DNA from: Eledone cirrhosa
Taxonomy: Eukaryota
Length of the DNA: 64,000 nt
Direction: 5' to 3'
NCBI GenBank assembly: GCA_964016885.1
Contig: OZ024743.1
Location: 115,444,001-115,508,000, forward strand
Numbering within the stretch: position 1 is the stretch's first letter; each line of letters starts with the position of its first letter. Under the pieces are notes generated by a model. That model was not told the DNA's origin, made no database searches, and saw nothing but the letters and a program-made list of their open reading frames with translations. Made by a program: the position numbers and the translations under genes. Shown here in pieces: positions 13,871 through 28,816 of this stretch.

Positions 13871-14551
13871 CACGAGTACATACCCACAGATACACACACA
13901 CATACAAATACACATACACATACACACACACGCAGACACATACACCTATATGCATACACATATGTACGCACACATGTGTAGACACACACACCCATATACA
14001 TATACACACACATACACACTCCCGCTCCTACACATACCCAAGCACACCCACACCCATATACATACCAATACACGTCCACTGACGCCTGCCTATATAGCCT
14101 CATACATCCGGTCTCACACGAACGCACACGCGCACACACTCGCAGATATACACGTACACGCATACAATGACACATATCAGCGTTCGCGTACCTCTACACA
14201 TATACACAAACACGCACAGACATATACATAGACACACACACGCGCGCACACACACACACATAGACGGCTGTCCTTATTGATAGGCAACAAGGACGGACAC
14301 GCTTCAAAAGTCACCAACACACATACACACACACATACAGATATGTATATATATCTACACATATGTATATGTACACGCACATAAACATGCAACCAAACCC
14401 TGTACTATGTGGCTGTACCTACACACACATACACACACACACACAGGCACACACACACAGGCACACAGACCACACACATTCACTGTCTCATACATTCCAA
14501 CAAATATTCACCCGACTATCTCTTTGTACACTTACATCTACAAAGAAGATA

Positions 14552-15090
14552 TACGGATTAATGTTCAGAGTCATCCTCAGCATTTTCGCGTAGCACCCAT
14601 CCACCATCTGAGTGAGTTTCTTGGTCAGTGTCCAAGTCTCAGACCCGTACAGCAGCACAGGTCTTTACGAAGGTCCGACTTCCACACCGATCTCAAGCTG
14701 TGGCACGCCGCCCAGGCTTTGCTCTTCCGCTCGACGACATCATCTTCCGTATTCCCAATCGTTGCTCCCAAATACAGCTCTGAACATTAATCAGTATATA
14801 CTGAGGATGAGGAACTGAGACCTGTACGAGAGCCCCCAAAAGACACCTCAAAGGTGACACAGAGGAGGTTGAGGTTAGCTGGACATGCACACCGACATCC
14901 AGAGTTGACACTGCACTCGGTGCTCCTGCTGGAGCCCCTGCATAGACATACTGGAAGGGGAAGACTGAGGTTAACATATGTTGATGCGCTAAGGACAGTC
15001 TCTTGGATACGCAGGACATCGCAGCGATAATGAGGGTCAAGGACCGCTGGAGAGAGCTCGTCCATTGGTCTCGGGAATTTTACTCGCCCT
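14552..15090 (+). mobile_element. RTE-like LINE 3' end with 5' inversion
   Basis: Minus 14780-14552 encodes YLGATIG...KAWAACHSL...LLYGSETWTLTKK...DGCYAKMLRMTLNINP. Plus from 14779 continues LNINQY...RRLRLAGHAHRHPE...GRGRLRLTYVD. Confidence 0.8.
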
Positions 15091-15695
15091 AGATATATAT
15101 ATATATATACATACATACACACGAGCTGCTGCTCAAATAACTTTTTATATGTAAAATCAATTAGTGGTCAGTCCCTAGGGAGAATGAGTCACCAAATTAT
15201 TTTTGTACAAGGTGAAAATATGTATGTACATATATATATATATAAATCTATATATACACATGTACATGTACACCCAATATATACATATTGAGTGGGTGTG
15301 AAAGAACAATGGTCATTATTGAAAGTCTCTGGATGTGTATTATTCACAAGGTACTTAATATTTTTCATTGGGGAAGATAAAAACGGTCACTTGCATACTC
15401 TAATCTAAAGTATACTATACATTCACAATTCTTTAAAAATTCAATTATAACATTTTGTATTAGCATTTAGCATTACCGTATACTACCAGAAATATGTACA
15501 GTATAATTAGTACACTATAATTAGTAACAAAAATACAGATTTTTACGGCAAACATTTGGTGGTACTGTTTTGTTTCACTTATGTATTTTTGAAAATGTTA
15601 TTTATTCATTATAAAAACCAAATGATAACATTTTATATGTGGGTGGGCCCCCTTTATCTCCTGGCAACCAATATTTTTAGACCCAGTCTGCCATT

Positions 15696-15820
<125 letters not shown>

Positions 15821-16544
15821 CAAAGTAAATTTTAATACATAGAAGAAACACGATATAACACAATCGAATGTAAAAATAAAGATTAATTGTAAAATGTATT
15901 TGAAGTACATGTAGCAGTAGAAGGTCGAAAACGTACAGGGTATGTAAGTTAATAATTAATTTATGTGTCAGAAACGTAGTCTAATCAATGCGAAAAAATA
16001 GAATAATTGTAAGTCTTTGATGTATAAAATATCCTTTAGATAAATTTAAGCATAATATTGTAGAAGTTATGAGATCAGTTAATATGAACATCAAGCTTGA
16101 ACCAATAAATTATACAATGTCAAATCTATAACTGAACCAATGCTGGATGTGAAATATAGAAATGATATTGTTATTTCTCTTTGTTTCAAGAAGAAAGAGT
16201 AAATTAAAATCCAAATTAAGAAAGATAACTCTAGATTACGAAAGATAACTCTTGTCTTACTTAATCATGAAAATTCACACAAATAACCGAAATGTTTTTA
16301 ATGTCTCCAAAGGCCCCAATATAGATTTGTGAAAGCCTTTGTAGATCATGTGCAGGTTTTGTGCAAGGAGAAGCTCTGTAAAAAATTTCAAAAAATCGCA
16401 TGGATGGATTAGAATATATGAGCCCTCATTAAATACTGTCGACACACATATACACATACATACATAAATTCTCAAATGTATATATATACAGATATATATA
16501 CAATGATATTAAATAAATGGAAACTATATTTATAAAACCATATT

Positions 16545-16606
16545 TATTCTATTATATATATTTCAAGGGTACCAAAAACTTTGGTACGCTTTTATCAGAT
16601 AAAATA
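16545..16606 (-). ncRNA. Hammerhead ribozyme (G8A copy) in the left inverted arm
   Basis: Reverse complement reads tattttat-CTGATAA-aagcgtaccaaagtttttggtaccctt-GAAA-tatata-TA-atagaata. Confidence 0.72.
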
Positions 16607-16671
16607 AAAAGAGTCTTTTATACATTTTGATATAGCCAAGGAAACATACCTTATCAGTTGAATTTTCCTTG

Positions 16672-16733
16672 TATTTTATCTGATGAAAGCATAGTAAAGT
16701 TTTTGGTACCCTTGAAATATATATAATATAATA
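16672..16733 (+). ncRNA. Hammerhead ribozyme in the right inverted arm
   Basis: tattttat-CTGATGA-aag...ctt-GAAA-tatata-TA-atataata. Arms 16501-16606 and 16672-16777 are inverted repeats. Confidence 0.78.
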
Positions 16734-16869
16734 AATATGGTTTTATAAATATAGTTTCCATTTATTTAATATCATTGAATATTTACACCAGAAACTGTCC
16801 AGTGCTCTGAATCAGTTATAAATATTTACATTTGTTGAATTTCCAACAAATTAAATATCCCTTCTACGT

Positions 16870-17928
16870 TGGGACTGCTTAATCCTTTGGCACGAAAACA
16901 TCGAGAAACTTAAATAATTTCACACCCTTATAAATGGGCTCAACACGAATATTAACTTTACGATGGAATACAGCCATCAACAGCCATCAACCCTTCCTCG
17001 ATATCCTCATTAAGATTCATAAAAAAAAATAGAAACAGACATATACTACAAGCCCACAGACTTCAAGCAATATCTTCCTTTCAATTCTTGCCACCCTAGA
17101 CACATTAAAATTAATATTCCCTACAACTTAGCCAAGAGAATCTGTACTATAGTCTCCAATAAAAACACCTGTTACTTATATCTACAAGAACTAAAGGACA
17201 CACTCATAAGCAGGGACTACCCTGCATCACTAATTGACAATGGAATCCAACGTGCCCTAAAACTCAGTACCCAGGACCTTTGACACCCTAACGTAAATCA
17301 ACCGAAACTAAAAGCTCTTCCATACATCTCCACACACAACCCCGTCAACAATGAGGCCTTTGACACCATCCTCCAGAACATGCCTGTGTTAAAAAAGGAC
17401 CATAGAATGAACCAAATCCTTCGAACACACGATATCATAAAGAGCAAAAGACAATCTAAGTCAATGTAAAACATGTTAACACATGCCAAAGTACTGCCAG
17501 TCACAACAACGAAACCCACAGTAAAAAATGCGATAGACCCAACTGTGGCATATGCATCAACCTAATAGAGGGTTCGGAATTCTATTTCAAAGAAGGACAA
17601 CTTTTTATAGTAAAAACACAATTTCACATGCGCATCAGAAAATCTAATATATGTATTAACTTGCTCAGGTTGTCGAGAACAATACATAGGCCAGACTAAA
17701 ATCAGCCTCCGCCGACGCATGACTGTCCATAGATCCCAAATTAAAATACGGGAATACAGAAACATACCACTGAGTGAATACATTGATACATGTGCCGCCC
17801 AAAATCATCCCAACTTTAGAATCTTTCCCCTCTACAAAGTTAAAGATAATGCCACCCACACCCAGCGCATCAGCAAGGAATCTCACTTTATTAACAAATA
17901 CGGACCCCGTTTAAACACTTCTCCCTAA
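16870..17928 (+). pseudogene. Penelope-like element (Neptune-like) RT C-terminus, Zn-finger linker and GIY-YIG, disrupted
   Basis: DCLI.WH...INFTMEYS...PFLDILIK...TDIYYKPTD..QYL.FNSCHPRH, CDRPNCGIC, NLIYVLTCSGCREQYIGQT..LRRRMTVHRS. A CA-rich 3' region follows to ~19210. Confidence 0.88.
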
Positions 17929-18602
17929 GACGAACCCACAACATACAAACGTCAACATACATACCTACATCAGCATACATCCTACATACATTTCTATCCA
18001 CATATAAACACAATGACATACGTAAACACACATGTCCTAAGGGGCAACAAAAATATACACAAATGTGCATACCTTTTGATGTCTATAGATATAAACGTGC
18101 CGACTCACACACATACACATACGCACACATGTATTGCACACTGATGGGTACATACATATTTGTACACAAGTATCCCATACGGCAGGGCCTAATGGATTTC
18201 CCTTGCAGTACGTACAATCTAGACAGTCACACACACCTTGGTGTTATGACAATACTATATAACATATCACACCTTTTATTATTGATGTTTTTGATGTTCT
18301 ATTGAGAGAATCGTTTTTGCAAATAACTGAAGACATCGAATAATGTACACCATTTTACCAGTATCAAAATAATACTGGTCAATATACCCCCCACACACAC
18401 ACATACACACACACATACACACGCATACACTAACATACAAACAGACACAAACACACACACACACTTCTCCGTATAAGACAAGAGCTGAAAAATATGTTTC
18501 AACATGTTCCTACACACATTCCTACTGACCGATTCATTCCCTCTACCACGAACCACACTGCTACACACACAAACACACACACACACACACATACACACAC
18601 AC

Positions 18603-18718
<116 letters not shown>

Positions 18719-19207
18719 TTGTCTTAATAGACATGTTTTTCAGTGACTTCTCAACATGACTGCAATTCAATCAAGCGAAAAAGGACACTCTTCGACAAAT
18801 CTACATTTGGCCACAAACCAGTTCGCGCTAAAATCAATTTTTAACATTCACGTGACCTCTACCGACCAATCAAAATTGTTTTGACTACAACAATTTTTGC
18901 AACACGAATTGGCGCGAAATTTATAGTACTTATTCACGTGACATTCATCAACCAACCAAATATTAATACTTCTGGAGCCACTTATTTCACATAAAACAGG
19001 AAGAATTTCCAAAACTGATCAGATTAGAGCAAACACCACGAGCGCTCTATTTCAAAATTATTTTTGAAAAGCATTAGAAATGCGCAACCGGTAGAAACTT
19101 AAAACTAAAGCTGAATACTAACAAATACTTATTACTAATTTATAATTATTCCTAATTAAATTATTTTTCACTGGGAAACATTTGTCACCATTTTCTTTTC
19201 CTTTTTA

Positions 19208-19259
<52 letters not shown>

Positions 19260-19491
19260 ACCGTTATTGCTCCAATTAGTCTACAAACCCATAGTAGATA
19301 CCCTAAATATAATTCCAAATCCTAACCAAGGGCCCTGAGAAGCAAATTTCATTCAAACTCAAAATTCGACAAATGAAACGCGAACCCATTTTTCCAATCT
19401 CAGCTTAAGCAACCTAATAGGGCAGATTGTGATAGCCATCTAATCAGAAAGAGAGGCGTTATAAAGCTGCAACTGTCATATATATATATTA

Positions 19492-19726
<235 letters not shown>

Positions 19727-21450
19727 ATGTAGGAGGTGAGTTTTATTGTAGTACAATAAAGCAATGCAGCTAAGAACAATATACGTAATCTCTTTAACCA
19801 ACATAACCTAAAAATTGAATTTGATAACAGCATCAAACTAGCTAATTTCTTGGATGTATCTCTTAATCTTGACACTGGCCTATATTACCCTTACCATAAA
19901 AACAATGAGAACCTAAATTATGTTAACTTTACATCTAACCATCCTACTAGTATCAAGAATGCTATAGTTAGTAATATTGGAAACAGAATATCTAACCTAT
20001 TTTCTAATAAAAACATATTTGATGCTAACGCCAATTACTCTAATAACGCGGTTTCTAAAGCCGGCTATCCTGATAAAATCAAATATAGTAAAGAAACAAA
20101 TTCTAGAAGAACTTACAGTAGAATAATTAATCATGATCATTCCAATAACTTTAATAAAAGACCTAGCTACAAAAACATAATCTGGTATAATGCTCCTTTC
20201 TCCATCTCTATTAATAACAATATTCCTAAATTATTCTTTAGTGCCTTAAATAAATGCTTCCCTCCCTCACATATCTATAGTAAAATATTTAACAAACACA
20301 CTATAAAATTTTCCTATTCTACATCCTCCAACATTTCCAACATTATCTCTAAACACAACAATAAAATACTAAATACTAAATATCTTCCTTCCAACACTGA
20401 ATATCATAATAATAGTAATAGTACTCCCGACGTCATTGTAAACCCTAGGCTAATTTCTGCAAACCCAAATACAACGTCAAACACATTAAATGTTCTTAAT
20501 CCCATTCTAAATCAAGAAACTATTATTCCTATCGCAAATAACTTCTCCAATCCAATTCCTTCTATAGATAACACTAGGTCACTCGTTAATAATCTCTCTA
20601 ATCGCAATTGCAATTGCCCTATTAAAAATAAATGTCCTCTCAACAACCATTGTCTTGATAAAAACTTAATTTACGAATGTAAAGTTATAACTGACACCAA
20701 TTCCTTCACCTATTTTGGCTCCACTTTCACCTCTTTTAAAGCTCGTCTTTATAACCATCATTCGTCTTTTAAATACAAACTTAAAAGAACCAACACGGCT
20801 CTCTCGGAACTCATATGGTCCTTGAAAGACAAAAACATTAAATATAGCATCTTTTGGAAGAAGGTTTCTTCTGCGTCTTAATACTTGAACAGTTCTTTAT
20901 CCAAAATTTGCAATCTCTGTCAAAATGAAAAATTTACCATTATATCTAATTTACATTCTATAATAAATAGACGCACTGACTTGTTTTCTATCTGCTTGCA
21001 TGAATTCCATAAAACATTCCACAAAGTATACAGCTAATATCCAATTCTTTATAAATTTAGAATCTTTTTCTCAAAGGCACATATATATACACTTCTTTTA
21101 AAAATATACCCATCTTTGTATCTTATTTCAAATGTTATTATACATTCTATAATACTTGTTACTCATTCTACATCGCTCCTATTTATCACTTCCCTTTCTT
21201 CTCTTTTTCTTTTAATGTCTAACCCCTAATCTGTACCTTTTCTCACTGTTGCCTAACATAGAATCAATTATTACATAATACAATACATTCTTACTCTATA
21301 TCACCTTGTAAAAATCCTTCGTAAACATATACATTTTTTTGACGTTAGATTATTCATCCTCAATTCATTATTCTTTTCTCCCTTTCATTTAACTCATTCA
21401 TGCTCATCTCACAATATATCTTTACTTAAATAACCTATTGTTCCTTTTAA

Positions 21451-21623
21451 TAATACATATCAACATTATCTTTCCATCGCACATATTATTAAACCCTTAA
21501 ATATTATTCTTAATACATATTAACATTTTCTTAACATCGCACATATTATTAAACCCTTAAATATTATTCTTAATACATATTAACATTTTCTTTTCATCGC
21601 ACATATTATTAAACCCCTCAATA
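21451..21623. repeat. 60-bp tandem repeat (~2.8 copies) in the PLE 3' UTR
   Basis: catcgcacatattattaaaccct recurs at 21475, 21535 and 21595. Confidence 0.9.
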
Positions 21624-21979
21624 TACAAACCTTAACTTTACATTATTTTTCTCTTCGTTAATTTTCAAATTCTTTTAATTTATACATTATCTGCCAACGG
21701 TTTTCAACCTCTCTATGTAAAACAATATATCTTTCTCAGTTATTAAAAGCTATCTCTCTCTCTCTATCACACTCTCTCCTTCTATCTCATCCTTCCTCAT
21801 TATACTCCTCCCTCTCCACTTTTTACTCTCACTCCTCCTCTTTTTCATCCTTTCCAACCCCCGCCCTCAAAATAAAATATTTTTCCCAATATCACACATC
21901 AATCTAAAACTACTTCTCATATGTTGATTTAAAACTGAACTATCCACAAGTGTTTTTTAACCTTCATATCATGTCTTCC

Positions 21980-22050
21980 TGTTTTATCTGATGAAAACAC
22001 AAATATTATTGCATGATGATATTTGTTTTTGAAATGCGCATAATAAAATA
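21980..22050 (+). ncRNA. Type I hammerhead ribozyme with long stem II
   Basis: tgttttat-CTGATGA-aaac acaaatattat tgcatg atgatatttgt tttt-GAAA-tgcgca-TA-ataaaata. Confidence 0.88.
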
Positions 22051-22078
22051 CATGGAACTCTTTTAACCACCTTTTGTT

Positions 22079-22136
<58 letters not shown>

Positions 22137-22291
22137 GTCGGCAGACCACACAAAAACTCTATATCTCTATGATGTAGTGTTTTTGCATAATATGCCACAA
22201 AACTACGTAGTCGGGGACTATAGGAGCAGTTTAGGTATGATATATCTTATTACTAATTATATCTAATGTTTCTTCTCTCTTCATAATGTAT

Positions 22292-22337
<46 letters not shown>

Positions 22338-22685
22338 GTGTTAGTACCTTTATCTGTAAACCTCGACTTAAATGATAGCGACATCTGTATTATTGCGAAA
22401 TACAAAATATATCCATATATTAATGTTTTCTTTTAATATTTTACTACTCGCCTTGTCTTTATTTGTCTCTTCTCATCACCTTTTCCATCTCTTGTTCTCT
22501 CTACCTCTCTCTCACATACACTCGCTTTCCCTCTCAACCTATATTTTTACATTTATTTAAATGTTATCGACGAAAGACAACTTTATATCTACTTCAGAGA
22601 TATCGATCTCTGAATGTAGAACAGCTAATTCTTCTCGATTGTATATATTTATATTTATATCTATATCTATATATATGTATATATG

Positions 22686-22993
<308 letters not shown>

Positions 22994-23103
22994 TATATAT
23001 ATATATATATATATATACTTATATATATATATACATAAATATATATATATGTACACACACATACACACACACACAAAACACACGCACACACACACACACA
23101 CAT

Positions 23104-23137
<34 letters not shown>

Positions 23138-23763
23138 TTATTTATTTATTTATTTCTCTATTAAATCTCTATTTTCCAGCTTCAGCTCAGAGAGAAAAAG
23201 AAAACGATATATTCACGTACCAATGAAATATCTTTTTTATTTTGGGGGAAATTTCAGTGAATTTTTTTGTCTAATATTTCTATTAAATTGTGTTTCAATA
23301 TTATTTCTATTACCATTATTTCTCCTGTTTTGTTTCCGTATTCTTCTTTTTTATCTTGTGTGTGTGTGTGTGTATGTGTGTGTGGTTGTCCTGGTATTGT
23401 ATTCCTCATAAAGATTTTTGCTATCCAAACATATTTCGATGTGCATAAAGGTTATTGTATTAAACCACAGAAGGAAACACACACCCACACTCACTCACAT
23501 ACACACACCCACCCACCCACACACACACACACACGCGCACACATACACACACAGACATACACACCCACATACACACACACACACTCACACATACACATAC
23601 ACACACAGAAACACACCCACATACACACACACATACACACACACACTCACGTAGTGGCATATAGACACATTGCTACAATTATATAAAATATGAGAATTTA
23701 TATCCTTCGATGCTTCCAATGTGTCCTTAAGATATATATTTTAATGTACGCACACACACACGC

Positions 23764-23837
<74 letters not shown>

Positions 23838-24099
23838 ATGTGTGTGTATGTATATATATATACATATGTGTGTATATGTACATATGTGTGTATATATATA
23901 CATATATATATATCACTATATTGCGAAGCTCATATTGCGAATAAATAGTCATGGTAGTTTATTTCTATATTCATTTGTGTCTTTGAGGTCTTTCGTAACA
24001 TATCCGAAACCTTTTCAATTCTTAATGAAAGACTGACACCTTATTTAATAGTGGTTTCTAATTTTGAAATAAAGCAAGCAATATAGACAAAGGGAGAAT

Positions 24100-24265
24100 G
24101 TCAATAATATCGCCCACAGTACTTAACTAACACTTTATTTTATATTTTACTGACGTTTGATGGAGGAAAGAAACATTCGACCTTTGCGCGATTTGAACTC
24201 AAAACCTAAAGATCCGGACCAAATACACCTAAACATTTAGCCGGCTCTGTCAATTCACCGCTCTT
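24100..24265 (-). mobile_element. Old tRNA-SINE (family 2) remnant
   Basis: gatttgaactc (reverse-complement B box) and actttatttt, homologous to 32793-32979. Confidence 0.45.
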
Positions 24266-24659
24266 GACAATTAATTAACAAGGAAATTATGTACAGCAGT
24301 TTGTGTGTGTAAGTTTGTCTGTGTGTGTGTATGTGTGTGTGTGTGTGTGTGTTGTGTTGTGTGTGTGTGTGTGTGTGTGTCTCTCTCTCTGTATGACTTT
24401 AAGCAAAATGTTTCTCGGAAATGGTTGGTATCATGCCATCTCCATTCAAGCACTTTCACTTAATCTTCCTTTCTCTTCTAATTACTTATATTCCAAATCC
24501 AAACCCAGCTCCAATTGATATTCTGTGATGCCATTCACGCACATGTCCCTCCTGCATCTCTTGACCGTAATGTTAACAGTATTTATCCGACCGGTCTCAG
24601 GGGACCTACAAATGCCATGTATACAGCATCTTTCTCTACAACAAACTAATACTAATCTC

Positions 24660-24852
24660 TATTTAAGACACAAGACCTGCAAATTTGGGGGAAGGTAATT
24701 ATTGAAAAATCCAGCTCAGTAATTGACTCTTACTTTATTTTATTGAACCTGGAAGGATGAAAAGCAAATTTTACTTCGTTGGATTTGAACTCAGAACTTA
24801 AACTGCAATGACATATTATCCGACGTTCTACCAATTCTTCCATTCCCTCACT
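24660..24852 (-). mobile_element. Old tRNA-SINE (family 2) copy
   Basis: cacaagacctgcaaattt...ggaaggatgaaaagcaaa...ggatttgaactcagaac. Confidence 0.6.
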
Positions 24853-24991
24853 CTGCTACAACCACATAATATATAACAGGTAATGCCCAAAATATGATGG
24901 ATTGATTTAGACGAATTAACTGAAATGTGTATTAGAATTAAACATTAATGTGTGTAGTATCATTTTTCAAACTTAATTGTGGTATGTATAG

Positions 24992-25180
24992 GATGGTGAT
25001 TTGGGACTATCGGTAGAATATCGGACAATATGCCTTGCAGCATATTATTACGGCTCTTTATGTTCTGAGTTCAAATCCCACCGAGGTTAGCTTTGCCTTT
25101 CATCATTACTGAATGGGATCAATATAATCGACTTTCTGCTCCACCAAAATTGTTGGCTTTATGCCTAAATCTGAAACCAT
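24992..25180 (+). mobile_element. Old tRNA-SINE (family 2) copy
   Basis: ctgagttcaaatcccaccgaggttagctttgcctttcatc...gttggctttatgcctaaatctgaaac. Confidence 0.7.
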
Positions 25181-27465
25181 TTGATGAAAATATTGATTTA
25201 TATGTTGTAAGTGGATTGTTTTGATTTACATGACCAGTAATCTAATCATTTGCTCAAGAGAACTATATATATTAAAGTATGGCATTAACTACTTCCGTCA
25301 CATACAAACGCGTAAGACTTGGTAGTATGCACCATGATTTCCATAAGTGTTTTTTGACTCACAACTTAACTGCCGGTAGGGATACAGACTGAACATATTA
25401 GGGATTATATACATAATATAAATACTATACTTGTCGAGGTACGGACGATAGAACAAACATGGCAATACACAAGTATTTATGATATTGGTTATACCATTTG
25501 AGAGGTTTCCAAATTTAGTTAAAAGGAATCACGTGAGCCAACACTGGTAGGGTAATAAAGATTTCATCCATAAATTCATCAAGCCATCATCTGTCTATCG
25601 CCCACCCACATTTTAATTCCTCAATTTATCTACCCATCCAACTTTCCAGTCATCACTTAAACAGCTAGAAATAGCAGAAAATTCTCTTCATTCATACTCC
25701 ACCCTCTTCAAGAAAGATACATATACTGGACACTTTAGAGAGGAAAGATACGTGAAGGAACTCCTTTGATCGTGAGTCAGTTGCATGCCTGTCAACACTC
25801 CTCGTCCGACGGGGAGATCTCCCACCCACTTTGGATGGGTGAAACATATCTTTTCTTGCGAAAATTGGCATATCTTTAATTATATAAAATCTCCCCATTT
25901 TGTTTCATCTTCCCGTTTTGGGGTCACTTTTTTTCATGGTACGCTCCGTTTGGGCTTTTCGAGGTTGGCATGTCTGCAGTTGAATCAGAGGTACAGTGGA
26001 TCAAAATAAATACAAACGTTTATATTTTGAGCCCACTATCCTTCTATACATTTTCGAAGTATTCCTCCAATATATCATTCATTCATTTTACCTTACTATT
26101 ATTTTTATTCCTTCAACACGCCACCGTTCCCCATGTATCTGTAAATCCACAAAATTGTTAATTTACAGAAAAGTCATCACAAGCTGTTATAAAGGGTCTA
26201 TCAGAATTTGAAAAAGAAAAGCTGACATCAGTATACTTTAATCAAATGTGAAAAAAGTAATTAATGAAGCTAAATCATTGTAATTAGATTGTGAATGAAT
26301 TGTAAAATTGATTATTAATGTCTTCACTTATAATTCCATGGTTGTCTTGCAAAATTAATGTTTGATATATTATGCTTGTATTTAGTATATCAGTGGTGTT
26401 AAGCGGGGTTACGGCTGATAGGGGCTGTAACTGATATCCACCTGCTTTAACACATATTATTCTGAATTAATTTAATACATGTTGATATCTGTAACACGAA
26501 CAGTGTTGACGAGTTCTCTGTAATTTGTAGCCGACACTTTTATCGTTAATTGTAAATCAATAGTTTCGTTTTACGAACGTAAATATTTTAGTGAAGTAAG
26601 ATGATACAGACATTAAAATGTCACTTGAATGTATTAAGATACTCTATTTTGTTTTTAAATTAATAATAGAAGAACAATATTAATTGAAATTGCTATAATG
26701 AACGCTGGACGAAATCTTTATGCAGTTTCAAATAGCAGCTGAAAATAATTCACTTCATTTACACAATTGAAACTAATCACACAAGGTTATTTTTGCGCCT
26801 CTTAAGTCGAAACCTTATATGATTAATAAAAATAAATAGTAGATGCCCTCTTGGATTTAGGGAATTAGATTTTTATTTGTGACTGTATGTGTGAGAAACG
26901 GAATGTTATAGAGAAAGGGAGGCGGGGGTACACGAGGAACTTTATAACATTATACCGCGGTAAAATAATGGTTAGGTTTTCTAAACTTACTATTGTCGAA
27001 GTTTGGTGAAATACTGCTATCGTAAGACTCCAAAATAGTTTGTAGGAAATCCGTTCTGAAAGATAAGAAAATAAATGTTTATAGAAGTGCAGGTATTAGA
27101 AGAGAAGGGTTGTAAATGATTAAAAAGGGAAATTGTTCTCAATAATATCTTAACTTCGGATTTGGAAAAGCCAAACAAAATTCTTTGATGTTTTTAGTTG
27201 AATGTTGCACTACATTTATCTTTTACAGCTTCAAACGAATACTCAATAAAAACAATATATTATATCAGAGCTGCAGCAGCAAAGGAATGGAAATCCTCCA
27301 GTGAGGCCAACGTGATGGTATAGCATTTATTCTCGTTTGCATAACTCTCAAATGTATTCAATTCCTTGTTTAGATCAGCGTTCAATATATATATTTCTAA
27401 GTTAGAGTGTCGTTATTATTCATTTTTGCATGTCTTTGAAGAAGATACATGACTTTCTCACAATT

Positions 27466-27651
27466 ATGGATTGGCAGTCCCGAAAGAGTATCAGACACCA
27501 TTATTTGCAGCATAGAGATATGGCCCTTTATATTCTGAGTTCAAATACCTCCGAGGTTAACTTTTCCTTTCATCCTTACGAGGTCAATAAAGTAAAGCAC
27601 CGGTAAATCACTGGGGAAAGTGCTGGCCTTTTGCCAAAGGTAGAAACAATT
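27466..27651 (+). mobile_element. Old tRNA-SINE (family 2) copy
   Basis: tggattggcag...ctgagttcaaatacctccgaggttaacttttcctttcatcc...gctggccttttgccaaaggtagaaacaat. Confidence 0.7.
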
Positions 27652-28027
27652 ATCTCAACGTCAGTTACAGGCGGCGTCAGGTTGTGAATGGCAATGGCTA
27701 CCAGACTGCACATAGTAACAGTCATACATAACGTCAACATATTATGCATGATATTCAGAATTTTTAGAGAAGCAGCAATATCAGATTTTTTGTGGACATA
27801 AAGGTGACGGTGGAATATTCATGCGTTTTCTGGAAAGAATGACATTGTAAATGAAGTGAAATGATTTTTAATCATGATTCCTAGTTATGTCGACCAATTC
27901 TGGTTCTATGTGTTCTACAACTCTCATTCATATTTTTTATGAAGTAATGGTTTATTGTATATGATATTCTATAAAAGCCACATTTACAAAATAAAGTTAT
28001 GTATATATATATATATATATATATATA

Positions 28028-28154
28028 AATGGAAAAAATGAAACGAAATTTCATGTGTCACTCTTAGTACGGCTGTTACTTAAATATAAGTATGTACACG
28101 TACATAGATATATGTATACAGACGTACAGTAGTATGTATATATATACATACATG

Positions 28155-28191
<37 letters not shown>

Positions 28192-28700
28192 GTATGGATT
28201 TAGCGAGCATTTATTATAATGCTCGGTTTGTTTGTAAACAAACACCCCGAATTAAGCCGTACAGTGTTTAGCAACCATCGTTGCCCTTTTGTTCAACACT
28301 GACAAAGGAACGATGTACAAGTTTCAAGCTTATTAGCTATCGTCAACACCGTATACCTTCCTGCCAGATGATTGAACGTCTGAAAGTATATACTTTCCTT
28401 ATGCATATTAACGGCTGAGTAGCCTAATTTGCATATCGAGTGAGTTAATCGCCCGGGCGCACCGAAAACGATGGCTAATAAGCTTGAAACTAGTACACCG
28501 TTCCTTTGTTGAACAAAAGGGCAACGATGGTTGCTAAACACTGTACGGCTTAATTCGGGATGTTTGTTTACAAACAAACCGAACATTATAATAAATGTTC
28601 GGTAAATCCATACGTACATATATATATGTGTGCATGTATGTATATATATACATACTACTGTACGTCTGTATACATATATGTATATACGTGTACATACTTA

Positions 28701-28701
<1 letters not shown>
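28028..28701 (-). mobile_element. HHR-bearing fold-back element, family A copy 2
   Basis: 28087-28343 is inverted to 28468-28701; homologous to 10207-10695 and 11850-11960. Confidence 0.85.
28311..28351 (-). ncRNA. Minimal hammerhead ribozyme (C3U copy)
   Basis: Reverse complement reads cggtg-TTGACGA-tagctaataagctt-GAAA-cttg-TA-catcg. A partial second copy is on + at 28468-28500. Confidence 0.72.
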
Positions 28702-28784
<83 letters not shown>

Positions 28785-28816
28785 CACGCACACCCACTCA
28801 CACACATATATATATA

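Noticed and set aside
19011-19062. aaaa-CTGATCA-ga..tagagc/gctcta..tc-AAAA hammerhead-like motif
   Set aside because: Two essential core positions are altered and stem III is missing; at best a relic.
19331-19424. gccc-TGAGAA-gc...gc-GAAC...TA-gggc resembling the 9092 HHR
   Set aside because: The core is incomplete and stem III cannot be paired.
22163-22216. tctct-ATGATGT-agtg...cac-AAAA-ctacgtag-TC-gggga
   Set aside because: Architecture and palindromic stem III fit an HHR, but three core bases deviate, so it is not counted.
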